DNA of 25,090 bases from Candidatus Krumholzibacteriia bacterium. GTDB taxonomy: Bacteria; Krumholzibacteriota; Krumholzibacteriia; LZORAL124-64-63. Positions within the stretch are counted from its first letter, which is position 1, and each line of letters opens with the position of its first letter. The stretch is from positions 1 through 25,090 of the forward strand of contig JAZBOO010000002.1 in NCBI GenBank assembly GCA_036351155.1. The letters run 5' to 3'. Below, in pieces: positions 1 through 8,048 of the stretch. A program made the translations under genes and the position numbers. The notes beneath the pieces are model-generated. The model saw only the letters and a program-made list of their open reading frames with translations, searched no databases and had not been told where the DNA came from.

Positions 1-563
1 AGGCCGCCGTCCAGGTAATCCTTCTCGTAGAACAGCAGCAGCAGCCAGAAGTGGGGAATTTGCCAGAGGAAGAAGAAGAAGGCCACCAGGTGAATGGTGG
101 GATCGCTCAGGTACCCCCCGGCGGCCACCCAGCCCACCACCGGAGGCAGCGCGCCGATGAACGAACCCGGCAAAGCGGCAAAGGGCGACACCCGCTTCAT
201 GGGAGTGTAGATGCCGTTGTACACGGCGGCCGCAGCCAGCCCCAGCAAAGCCGCCGTGGGCGAGATGTAGGCCAGCACGGCTGTACCCGCAGCCAGCAGA
301 CTCAGGGCGTAAACCAGAGCTGCGGTGCGGGACACGTGGCCACCGGGAATGGGCCGGTTGGCCGTCCGGGGCATCACCGCGTCAATTTTTGCATCCTGGA
401 CCTGGTTCAGCGCGGCCGCCCCACAGGCCTGCAGCAGAATGCCCCCGAGCACGGGCCACATCAGGGCGTCGAACTGCCCGCGTTGCAGCACATAGCCCAC
501 CAGAGTGGTCACCGTGCTGGCGATGGTGATGCGCAGTTTGAGCAAGGCCAACCAGGGCTTCAT
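1..563 (-). CDS. ctaB: Protoheme IX farnesyltransferase (heme O synthase), UbiA family; 3' end runs off the window
   Basis: Not in the ORF track; translated by hand from ATG at 563: MKPWLALLKLRIT...ALNQVQDAKIDAVMPRTANRPIPGG...YTPMKR...GALPPVVGW...LWQIPHF, the CtaB/CyoE motifs. Directly follows oxidase subunit II. Confidence 0.95.
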   Translation of the reverse strand, partial: MKPWLALLKLRITIASTVTTLVGYVLQRGQFDALMWPVLGGILLQACGAAALNQVQDAKIDAVMPRTANRPIPGGHVSRTAALVYALSLLAAGTAVLAYISPTAALLGLAAAAVYNGIYTPMKRVSPFAALPGSFIGALPPVVGWVAAGGYLSDPTIHLVAFFFFLWQIPHFWLLLLFYEKDYLDGG

Positions 564-571
564 ATCATCCC

Positions 572-1468
572 CTACTTCAAGGTCTTGAAGTGCTCGATCA
601 GGGTGTTGATTTCCTCATCGGTGATCTGCCCCTCCATGGGCGGCATGACCGGCTGGTAACCCTCGACCACATCGGCATTGGGGTCCAGGATGGAGCGGCG
701 GATATATTCCTCGTCCACCACCACCTCGCGCAGCTCGCCATTGGTCATGACCGTTTCGGTGCGGCCCCACATGCCCAGGTAGCTGGGACCGATCAGCTTG
801 GTCCCGTCCTCGGTGTGGCAGGCCACACAGCCCTTGATCTTCATGATCTGGCTGGCGTTCAAAGGGCGGCTGTTGTCGTTGAGCCAGCTGTCGAACTCCG
901 CCTCCGGCATGGACACCACCTTGCTCAGCATCTTGCTGTGCTGGTCCCCGCAGTACTCGGCGCAGAAGATGTCGAAGGTGCCGTCGCGGGTGGTCTCGAA
1001 CCAGGCGTGGTTCTCGCGACCCGGCATGCAGTCTTCCTTCAGCCGGAAATCCGGCACGAAGAAGCTGTGGATCACGTCGGCCGACTTGAGCTTCAGCGCC
1101 ACGGGCTTGCCTGTGGGCACGTACAGCTCGCTGGCCTGGACGCCATTGGGGTACTCGAAGCTCCAGGACCACATGCGGGCGTTGACGATGACCTCCATGG
1201 CATCCTCGGGCACGTCGCGCATGACCTTGAACCCGGCCCAGCCGTAGTAGAACATGACCATGACCAGGATCGTGGGCAGCACCGTCCACAGGGTTTCCAG
1301 CTTGACGCTGCCCTCGATCTGCGCGGGGTTCGGGTTCTTCGAGCGCCGGTACTTCACGATGAAGTAGATCATCGTGATGGTGATGCCCAGCAGCATGATC
1401 ACCGACGAACCCAGGATCAGCCAGAAAGTCTGATCAACCAATCCCGAATAACTTGATGCTCCAGCCAT
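572..1468 (-). CDS. coxB: Cytochrome c oxidase subunit II with fused C-terminal cytochrome c (caa3-type)
   Basis: Two TM helices, LETLWTVLP, WSWSFEY aromatic loop, CuA ligands DVIHSF and CAEYCGDQHSKM; C-terminal CVACH heme motif and Met-containing PVMPPM. Confidence 0.96.
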   Translation of the reverse strand: MAGASSYSGLVDQTFWLILGSSVIMLLGITITMIYFIVKYRRSKNPNPAQIEGSVKLETLWTVLPTILVMVMFYYGWAGFKVMRDVPEDAMEVIVNARMWSWSFEYPNGVQASELYVPTGKPVALKLKSADVIHSFFVPDFRLKEDCMPGRENHAWFETTRDGTFDIFCAEYCGDQHSKMLSKVVSMPEAEFDSWLNDNSRPLNASQIMKIKGCVACHTEDGTKLIGPSYLGMWGRTETVMTNGELREVVVDEEYIRRSILDPNADVVEGYQPVMPPMEGQITDEEINTLIEHFKTLK

Positions 1469-1478
1469 TGTCGCCCTC

Positions 1479-1784
1479 TCAGCGGTACAGGTAGTCGAAG
1501 AATGTCAGGCCCATGACGAGGGCCAGAATGGCAATGGCCACCAGGAACATGATCACGAAGACAGGCCGCTCATACTTCAGATGCATGAAGTACATCAAGA
1601 TGAGGGTGGCCTTCAGCGGCGTGACCACCATGGCCACGGCGATGCCGATCTTCCCCGGGAAATAGACCGAAGCCGCCACCGTCATGCCCGTCAGGATGAT
1701 CAGGGCCGTGTAGACCTTGAGCAGCAGGCCATCGGCCAGCGGGTGCAGAACCTCGGTTTCGGCCGTCATTTCGTGGTTGCTCAT
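1479..1784 (-). CDS. Cytochrome c oxidase subunit IV (CtaF/CoxD family)
   Basis: 101 aa, three hydrophobic segments, KATLILMYFMHLKYE motif, position between subunits III and II. Confidence 0.92.
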   Translation of the reverse strand: MSNHEMTAETEVLHPLADGLLLKVYTALIILTGMTVAASVYFPGKIGIAVAMVVTPLKATLILMYFMHLKYERPVFVIMFLVAIAILALVMGLTFFDYLYR

Positions 1785-1801
1785 ATCACCTCGCTCCTTG
1801 G

Positions 1802-2437
1802 TCAGTTCGTCAGGTAGAACAGGGGCAGCAGGAAGACCCAGACCAGGTCCACCAGGTGCCAGTAAAGTCCGGTGTATTCCAGGATGCCCTGGTTCTCCAC
1901 GGTGATGGTCCCGTTCTGCATGCGGGTCATGATGTAGGCCATGACCCCCAGGCCGATCAGCACGTGGATGCCGTGCAATCCCGTCATCATGAAGTACAGA
2001 TTGAAGAACATGGCCTCGCCGTGTGGGAGTTCATGCAGATGATGCATGCCGGGGAACAGGCCGTGGTTGAACTTGCTGCTCCACTCGTACAGCTTGATGA
2101 TCATGAAGGCCCCGGCCAGCAGCATGGTGGCCGTCAGGTAGAGCTGGGCCAGCCCCACGTTGCGCCGCTGCAGATGACCGACCGCCATGACCATGGACAG
2201 GCTGCTGGTCAGCAGCACCACCGTGTTGGTCACGCCCATCACCTTGTTCAGCTCCTCGGCCGCGTGGTGGAACTCGGGGGTGTATTCGCCCCGGTACACC
2301 GCGTAGATGATGAACAGCCCGCCGAACAGCAACAGCTCGGTGAACAGGAACAACCACATGCCGGTCTTGGCCCCGAAGGAGTCCTTGTGCACGTGCCCCC
2401 CGCCGCCGTGGGTCAGATCCTGGGTGTGGGTCGTCAC
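1802..2437 (-). CDS. coxC: Cytochrome c oxidase subunit III (short form)
   Basis: GMWLFLFTELLLFGGLF, NTVVLLTSS, FMMTGLHGIHV and GLYWHLVDLVW motifs; GTG start overlaps the subunit I stop (GTGA). Confidence 0.95.
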   Translation of the reverse strand: MTTHTQDLTHGGGGHVHKDSFGAKTGMWLFLFTELLLFGGLFIIYAVYRGEYTPEFHHAAEELNKVMGVTNTVVLLTSSLSMVMAVGHLQRRNVGLAQLYLTATMLLAGAFMIIKLYEWSSKFNHGLFPGMHHLHELPHGEAMFFNLYFMMTGLHGIHVLIGLGVMAYIMTRMQNGTITVENQGILEYTGLYWHLVDLVWVFLLPLFYLTN

Positions 2438-4053
2438 GACGGCACCTCCGGGGACTTGGCGTACCGCTCGGTGAAATCGTAGGGACCGGTGGTCACCACG
2501 GGCAGCTCATCGAAGTTCAGCAAGGGCGGCGGCGACGAGGTTTTCCACTCCAGGGTGGTGCCGCCCCAGGGATTGTCCTCGGCCTTCTCTCCGTTGCGGA
2601 TGCCCCTGATGAGGTTCACCAGCATGAGGATGATTCCGGTGGCCAGGATCCACGATCCCACCGTGCTGACGGCGTGCGGCACCTGGAACTGAGGCAAATA
2701 GTCGTGGTAGCGGCGGGGCATGCCCATCATGCCCAGGATCAGCATGGGGAAGTACAGGGTGTTGAACCCAACCATGATCAGGCCCCAGGCCCAGGTGGCC
2801 GTCTTCTCGTTGTACTTGCGCCCGAACATCTTGGGGAACCAGTAGTGCAGCGCGGCAAACATGCCGATGCCCGCACCGCCGAACATGGTGTAGTGGAAAT
2901 GGCCCACGATGAATGCCGTGTCGTGCACGTGGATGTCGGTGGAAAGGGCGCCGTTGACCAGCCCGGTGAGCCCGCCGATGGAGAACAGGAAGATGAAACC
3001 CAGGGCGTACAGCAGCGGCACCTTCACCTCGATGGAACCCCGGTAAAGCGTGGCCATCCAGTTGAACACCTTGATGCCGGTGGGAATGGCCACCAGGAAG
3101 GTCAGCAGGCTGAACACCCAGCGGGCCGTGTCGCTCATGCCCACGGTGAACATGTGGTGACCCCACACCATGTAGCCCACGATGGCGATGGCCATGCTGC
3201 TCATGGCGATGGCCTTGTACCCGAAGATGGTGCGGCCGGCAAAGGTGGGCAGGATCTCGGAGATCACGCCCATGGCCGGCAGGATCATCACGTAGACCAC
3301 GGGGTGGGAGTAGATCCAGAACAGGTGCTGGTACAGGATGGGATCACCGCCCCGGGCCGGATCGAAAAAGCCGATGCCCAGGGTGCGCTCCATGGTCACC
3401 AGCAGCAGGGTGATGCCCACCACCGGGGTGGCGATGACCTGGATCCAGCTGGTGGCGTACAGACCCCAGCAGAACAGGGGCATCCGGAAGAAGCCCATGC
3501 CCTTGGCCCGGAGCCGGTGGATGGTGGTGATGAAGTTCATGCCCGTGAGAATGGAGCTGAAACCGAGCACGAAGGCGCCCAGCACGGCAAGACTGACGGC
3601 ACCGCCCGAACGCAGGCTGTACGGGGCGTAGAAGGTCCAGCCGGTGTCCGGTGGCGCGCTGCCGGCGAAAAGCGAGGTCAGGGCGATCACCGCCCCGGCC
3701 ATGTACACGTACCAGCTGGCCAGATTCAGCTTGGGAAAGGCCACATCCTCGGCCCCCAGCTGCAGCGGCAAGATGAAATTCCCGAAGATGGCCGGAATTC
3801 CGGGCACGATGAACAGGAAGATCATGATCACCCCGTGCAGGGTGAAGAAGGTGTTGTAGGTCTTGGCATCGTAGAACTGCTGGCCCGGCTGCATGAGTTC
3901 AAGCCGGATCAGCAGGCCCAGGGTCATGCCCACCAGGAAGAAAGCAAACATCACCACCGCATACATGATGCCGATGCGCTTGTGGTCCGTGGTCGTCAGC
4001 CAGCCCATCAGCCCCGGTCGTGCCGGTGGACTGTCCAGGTACGAAGCACCCAT
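2434..4053 (-). CDS. ctaD: Cytochrome c oxidase subunit I, heme-copper oxidase type A2
   Basis: TTDHKRIG; six His ligands (TLHG, YSHPVVY, WGHH, GHFHY); D-channel GAEDVAFPKLN; K-channel PTGIK. YS-HPxVY in place of GHPEVY marks type A2. Confidence 0.97.
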   Translation of the reverse strand: MGASYLDSPPARPGLMGWLTTTDHKRIGIMYAVVMFAFFLVGMTLGLLIRLELMQPGQQFYDAKTYNTFFTLHGVIMIFLFIVPGIPAIFGNFILPLQLGAEDVAFPKLNLASWYVYMAGAVIALTSLFAGSAPPDTGWTFYAPYSLRSGGAVSLAVLGAFVLGFSSILTGMNFITTIHRLRAKGMGFFRMPLFCWGLYATSWIQVIATPVVGITLLLVTMERTLGIGFFDPARGGDPILYQHLFWIYSHPVVYVMILPAMGVISEILPTFAGRTIFGYKAIAMSSMAIAIVGYMVWGHHMFTVGMSDTARWVFSLLTFLVAIPTGIKVFNWMATLYRGSIEVKVPLLYALGFIFLFSIGGLTGLVNGALSTDIHVHDTAFIVGHFHYTMFGGAGIGMFAALHYWFPKMFGRKYNEKTATWAWGLIMVGFNTLYFPMLILGMMGMPRRYHDYLPQFQVPHAVSTVGSWILATGIILMLVNLIRGIRNGEKAEDNPWGGTTLEWKTSSPPPLLNFDELPVVTTGPYDFTERYAKSPEVPS

Positions 4054-4914
4054 CTATGAGGCCTCCCTTTGCCGCGAGCGGCGGGTGGTGAAATACAGGA
4101 AAATGCCAAAGAAGATGATCGACAGGATCATGACGCTGCCGACCACCCGGGCCAGGTTGAACACGTAGGTGCGCCCCACCGGGTCGAAGCTGAAGCAGAA
4201 GTTGAGCAGGCGGGCCGTGGTCGGGGTGACCTTGCCCTGGCTGGCCTCGTGCACGCCCATCTCGAAATCGAAGGGCAAGAACTGGATGCCGTACAGGTAG
4301 CGCACGATCTTGCGCTCGGGGCTCACCATGATGACCCCGCCGGGATGAATGTACTCGCCGCCGGCGGTCTTGTAGCCGAAGCCCACGGCCTCGGTCATGC
4401 GCTTGATGTTCTCGGCATCGCCGGTGAAGAAACGCCAGGTGTCCTCGGGCAAGGGTCGGCCCACCGCGTTCAGGTAGTTGGTGCGTTTTTCCTTGGCCAT
4501 GGCCGGGGTGTCGTCGGGTTCGAAGCTGACCGACAGCAGCTGGAACGAGGTCTTGTCCGGATGCAGGTTGCTCTTGCCCAGGATGTCGGCGATCTCGTTG
4601 AGCAGCGGGGTGCAAATGCCGGGGCACTCGTAGTAGACGAAATTCAGGATGGTGGGCTTGTCCAGGAAGGTGGCCATGTCCACCAGGTTGCCGTCCTCGT
4701 CGCGCAGCACGATGTCGCCGGGGATATACTCACCCAGCTTTTCCACGAAATCGACGACCTGGCCCTCTTCCTGGTGGGGCACCTGTTCCGCACCCATCTG
4801 GGCGGTCGATGTGTTCGGTGCGATCAGAAGGGCCAGCAGGGCCCAGACCATGATGACCGGGAAGACTAGCTTCCCTGAACGATGGAAAACAGAGCGCAGA
4901 AAACCGATGTGCAT
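4054..4914 (-). CDS. SCO1/SenC family copper chaperone with C-terminal TM anchor
   Basis: YYECPGICTP (CxxxC) plus distal His (YIHPGG). Start moved from 5025 to ATG 4914 because of a GGAG Shine-Dalgarno and a signal-like N-terminus. Abuts subunit I. Confidence 0.92.
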   Translation of the reverse strand: MHIGFLRSVFHRSGKLVFPVIMVWALLALLIAPNTSTAQMGAEQVPHQEEGQVVDFVEKLGEYIPGDIVLRDEDGNLVDMATFLDKPTILNFVYYECPGICTPLLNEIADILGKSNLHPDKTSFQLLSVSFEPDDTPAMAKEKRTNYLNAVGRPLPEDTWRFFTGDAENIKRMTEAVGFGYKTAGGEYIHPGGVIMVSPERKIVRYLYGIQFLPFDFEMGVHEASQGKVTPTTARLLNFCFSFDPVGRTYVFNLARVVGSVMILSIIFFGIFLYFTTRRSRQREAS

Positions 4915-4991
4915 GGTGACTCCGTCGGGCACTTGGGGAACGGAAACGGATGTGGAGGCGCATGGGCCAAACAAATTGATCAAGCCTCTTT

Positions 4992-5034
4992 GAGAATGAT
5001 ATCCATTATAACATTCACTTATCAAAACTCACAA
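4992..5034 (-). promoter_or_regulatory. Sigma70-type promoter of the oxidase operon overlapped by a Fur-box-like operator
   Basis: Minus strand TTGTGA-N18-TATAAT with extended TG. Plus strand GAGAATGATATCCATTATA (4992-5010) matches GATAATGATAATCATTATC at 15/19 by hand count. Confidence 0.65.
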
Positions 5035-5078
5035 GCAGAAATCCTATCTTTTTTCTCTGTTTTTCTGTCGGGGGCGTG

Positions 5079-5104
5079 AAAAAGCCCGGGATCGGCCCGG
5101 GCTT
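5079..5104 (-). terminator. Intrinsic terminator after HiPIP gene
   Basis: AAGCCCGGG-atcgg-CCCGGGCTT perfect 9 bp stem running into a T-run on the minus strand. Confidence 0.8.
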
Positions 5105-5126
5105 GATCTGCTTCTGCACCGAGAGA

Positions 5127-5528
5127 TCAGGTGGTTTGCTTGACCACCCAGGAAATGCAGCCGCCATTGGGATCAATGGGTCCCTTCATCAGGGTGCAGG
5201 TGCCGCAGGTGGTGCCCTCGGCGGGCGGGTGCCAGAAGTTGCAGGTATGGCAGGGCTTGGCCGGGTCTGCGGCCGTGGCCTGGTACTGCAGGGTGGTGCG
5301 CATGTTTTTCTCATCCTGGGTCAAGCCGGTCAGGTCACTGCAGGGGTCGGCACTGGCCGCAGGAGATGCCGATTTGCTTGCCGCGGCCTTGGTGGCGGCA
5401 CCGCTTTCCTTGTCTCCACCGCAGGCGGTCAGTCCTAACATGAGGCCCACGCCCGCCAGGCCGGTGATGCCCACCTGACGGAAGAAGGTGCGGCGGTCCA
5501 GTTTCTGGTCAAAATCATGGGAATCCAT
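5127..5528 (-). CDS. High-potential iron-sulfur protein (HiPIP), Tat-exported lipoprotein
   Basis: DRRTFF twin-arginine motif, LTAC lipobox, Ala/Ser linker, then LQY...CHTCNFW...CGTCTLMKGPIDPNGGCISW HiPIP cysteine pattern. Confidence 0.92.
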   Translation of the reverse strand: MDSHDFDQKLDRRTFFRQVGITGLAGVGLMLGLTACGGDKESGAATKAAASKSASPAASADPCSDLTGLTQDEKNMRTTLQYQATAADPAKPCHTCNFWHPPAEGTTCGTCTLMKGPIDPNGGCISWVVKQTT

Positions 5529-5641
5529 GAAGCTCCCCTTTCGTTATGGAATGGGTATTCAAATGGTCGATGAAGGAATTCCCGGACATGGTCGGCGTGT
5601 TTGGGCGGGGGCGCTACTGAGTTTTGCAAAAACCCCATCTC

Positions 5642-5675
5642 AAAAAACGAGGACCCAGGTTCCCCCAGGTCCTCG
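5642..5675 (-). terminator. Intrinsic terminator after the secreted protein gene
   Basis: CGAGGACC (5648-5655) / GGTCCTCG (5668-5675) stem followed by T6 on the minus strand. Confidence 0.7.
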
Positions 5676-5700
5676 CCTTCGTCTATTTAGCGGATCAATC

Positions 5701-6288
5701 TTACCGATAGTTCGCCTTCAGGGCATCGAAGGTGCTCTGCTCCACGTCCACGGAACCGCAATCGACCACATTGTCACTGGTCTGCAGGCCGAAGTTGCCC
5801 TCGGTGGCGCTGTAGAAGGTGCTGACCACCAGCCAGTAGGTGTTGCCCGGGGTCAAGGTGATGTTGTCCGCCAGCAGGAAGGCGCTCAGCAGGCCCTCAC
5901 CAGCATCATCATCCACGGAAACCACATTGGCCGCAGGGTTGGCCGGGTCGAAGGGCTCGCAGTAGAGCATGATGATCGTGTCGGTGATATCGGTCAGCGC
6001 CGGATCCATGATGATCTCGATGGGGTTGCTGTCGGTCACTTCCACGCAGAAGAGCTCGAAGTATTCCCCATCCTGGCTGGAATCCGAAACGTTGGACGCG
6101 CATTCGAGGCTGAGCGAACCGCCATAGATCCTGTCCCAGACAGGCGAATTGGCCGTGAGCGAACCGGTCCAGGTGTCACGCACAGTGGTGGCGGGTGTGG
6201 CGTTGACGGTGTCGGTCGTTTTTTCGCCCGCGAAGGCGACGGTTGTCAAGAGCACAACACACAGAAGTAGAGCGATCACAATGCGCAT
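5701..6288 (-). CDS. Secreted acidic hypothetical protein (possible PPC-like beta-sandwich) with putative C-terminal sorting motif
   Basis: Start at ATG 6288 (G-rich SD) gives Sec signal MRIVIALLLCVVLLTTVAFA; DDDAGEGLLS and LTPGNTYWLVVS resemble PPC-like domains; ends VDVEQSTFDALKANYR. Confidence 0.75.
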   Translation of the reverse strand: MRIVIALLLCVVLLTTVAFAGEKTTDTVNATPATTVRDTWTGSLTANSPVWDRIYGGSLSLECASNVSDSSQDGEYFELFCVEVTDSNPIEIIMDPALTDITDTIIMLYCEPFDPANPAANVVSVDDDAGEGLLSAFLLADNITLTPGNTYWLVVSTFYSATEGNFGLQTSDNVVDCGSVDVEQSTFDALKANYR

Positions 6289-6355
6289 GGAAGCCCCCCT
6301 TGAAAGATGAGATGAAAAATCCCCTGTATCCTGCAATTTTCCTGGATACAGGGCC

Positions 6356-6385
6356 AGCGTATTCCAAATTATCCGTTTTTGTCAA
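6356..6385 (-). promoter_or_regulatory. Putative sigma70 promoter of the secreted protein gene
   Basis: Minus strand TTGACA-N18-TACGCT in AT-rich intergenic DNA. Confidence 0.5.
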
Positions 6386-6436
6386 CACTTTTCACAAAAC
6401 CGCATGATTTGTAGCGTTATCGAGCTTCAAAATGCA

Positions 6437-6460
6437 GAAAGGCCGCCGAAGCGACCTTTC
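6437..6460 (-). terminator. Hairpin/terminator after rubrerythrin
   Basis: Minus strand GAAAGGTCGC-TTCG-GCGGCCTTTC, a 10 bp stem (one G-U) with a C(UUCG)G loop, then TGCATTTT. Confidence 0.7.
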
Positions 6461-6487
6461 TTGACGACCATAGAAGATGATTTCCGA

Positions 6488-6985
6488 CTAAACCTGCACG
6501 TACTTATCCGCCTTCACTCCGCAGATGGGGCAATTCTCGGGCGGGGTGCCGAACTCGATGTGGCCGCACACCGGGCACAGGAAGAACTCGGTTTCGGTCA
6601 GGTCCTCGCCTTTTTCGGCGGCGGCCAGAGCCAGACCGTACAGCTTGGCGTGCACCTCTTCGGCCTCCACCGCGTAGCCGAACATGCGCTTGGCCTTGTG
6701 GTTATCCTCGATGGCCTTGGCCAGCATGGGTGGGTACATGCTCTCGAACTCGAAGGTTTCCCCGCCGATGGCCTCCTTCAGGTTGGTCTTGGTGTCGCCC
6801 ACGCCATCCAGGGACTTGAGGTGACCCTCGGCGTGCAGCAGCTCGGCCTGGGCGGTGGTGCGGAACAGGCGGGCGATGTTGGGCATGCCTTCCTTGTCCG
6901 CGGCCTTGGCGAAGGCGGTGTACTTCTGGAACGCCTGGCTCTCACCGGCGAAGGCTTCCTTCAGGTTGTCAATGGTCGTGGCCAT
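6488..6985 (-). CDS. rbr: Rubrerythrin (di-iron domain plus C-terminal rubredoxin-like domain)
   Basis: NLKEAFAGESQA, ELLH and EEVH di-iron motifs, CPVCGH...CPICG; start at ATG 6985 with AGGAGG SD. Confidence 0.96.
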   Translation of the reverse strand: MATTIDNLKEAFAGESQAFQKYTAFAKAADKEGMPNIARLFRTTAQAELLHAEGHLKSLDGVGDTKTNLKEAIGGETFEFESMYPPMLAKAIEDNHKAKRMFGYAVEAEEVHAKLYGLALAAAEKGEDLTETEFFLCPVCGHIEFGTPPENCPICGVKADKYVQV

Positions 6986-7049
6986 GATTTTCCTCCTGCT
7001 GAGGTGGATTGTAACAAAACAACCCGGGTAACATAGCACCCGGGCTGTC

Positions 7050-7068
7050 AGGAATGAATATCATTCTG
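7050..7068. promoter_or_regulatory. Fur/PerR-like palindromic operator upstream of rubrerythrin
   Basis: GAATGA-ATA-TCATTC palindrome (7052-7066); 14/15 identical to the core of the site at 4993-5007. Confidence 0.6.
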
Positions 7069-7105
7069 GGACGGAAATCAGGACAAAATCTGTCCTGACA
7101 ACAGC

Positions 7106-8035
7106 TTACTCGGCATGAGCAAGTCGACAACCCATGGCGATGCTGAGATACTTCGATTCCTCGCTGTCCGCACGACTGGTCAGGACACAGGGCGCCTGGG
7201 TGCCCACCACGGCGGCGGCCAGACGGGCGCCGGACAGCAGGGTGGACGACTTGTAGAACACGTTCCCGGACTCGATGTTGGGAAACACCAGGATGTCCGC
7301 CTCCCCACCCACCGTGGAATCCAGGCCCTTGATCCTGCAGGCCTCCGGAGAAATCGCCACATCCAGAGCCAGCGGTCCCTCGACGATGGCCCCGGGCGCC
7401 ACCTCGCCGGCCAGGTGCAGGCGGGTGATCTCGGCGGCGTCCGTGGTGGCCCGCATCTTGGGGCTCACCTTCTCGGTGGCTGCCAGCAGGGCCGCCCGCG
7501 GCTTTTCCACGCCGAAGCTGCGCGCCGCCTGCAGACAGTAACCCAGGATCTGGATCTTGGTCTGGAGATCGGGTTTCGGGATGATGGCCACATCGGCCAC
7601 GAACAGCAGCTTGTTGTGGGTTTTCAGGTAGGCCGGCAACTCCAGCACCGTCACGTGGGACAGCACATGGCCCTCGGGCAACAGACCGGTCTCCTTGTTC
7701 AGGATCTGCTTCATGTAGTCGCTGGTCGCGATCAGGCCTTTCATCAGCACATCGGCCTCGCCGCTACGCACCAGGGCCACGGCCTTTGCGCCCGCAGCCA
7801 CGGTATCTTTCTCGTCCACCACGGTGAAAACCCCGACATCGATCTGGAATTCTGCGCACAGTTCCCGGATGCGGTCGGCATCACCCACCAGGGTCACCCG
7901 CGCGATGTCCTCGGCTGCCGCGCGGGCCGCCGCCGCGATGGTGTTGGGGTCATGGCCCGCCGCCACCGCCAGGTGACGTGAGGGCTGGCTTTTCAGGTCC
8001 TGAACCAGCTGATCGAGACTGCGAATGGGTGTCAT
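7106..8035 (-). CDS. ptb: Phosphate butyryltransferase (PTA_PTB family)
   Basis: ADVLMKGL, LSHV, VEGPLALDVAIS, ADILVFPNIESGNVFYK and intact catalytic VLTSRADSEESK; adjacent to butyrate kinase. Confidence 0.92.
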   Translation of the reverse strand: MTPIRSLDQLVQDLKSQPSRHLAVAAGHDPNTIAAAARAAAEDIARVTLVGDADRIRELCAEFQIDVGVFTVVDEKDTVAAGAKAVALVRSGEADVLMKGLIATSDYMKQILNKETGLLPEGHVLSHVTVLELPAYLKTHNKLLFVADVAIIPKPDLQTKIQILGYCLQAARSFGVEKPRAALLAATEKVSPKMRATTDAAEITRLHLAGEVAPGAIVEGPLALDVAISPEACRIKGLDSTVGGEADILVFPNIESGNVFYKSSTLLSGARLAAAVVGTQAPCVLTSRADSEESKYLSIAMGCRLAHAE

Positions 8036-8048
8036 GTCATCCCCTGCC

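Noticed and set aside
2674..4059. 461 aa plus-strand ORF and other ORFs antisense to the cox genes
   Set aside because: Shadow ORFs caused by GC-rich codon bias opposite well-supported genes; no motifs.
4976..4983. TTGATCAA as an FNR box upstream of the oxidase operon
   Set aside because: Lacks the TTGAT-N4-ATCAA spacing.
4915..5025. N-terminal extension of the SCO ORF in the ORF track
   Set aside because: Covers the promoter and operator; ATG 4914 has a proper SD.
6379..6397. TTGTCAA-N5-TTCACAA as a Rex operator
   Set aside because: Spacer is 5 nt rather than the canonical 4, and one half is explained by the TTGACA -35.
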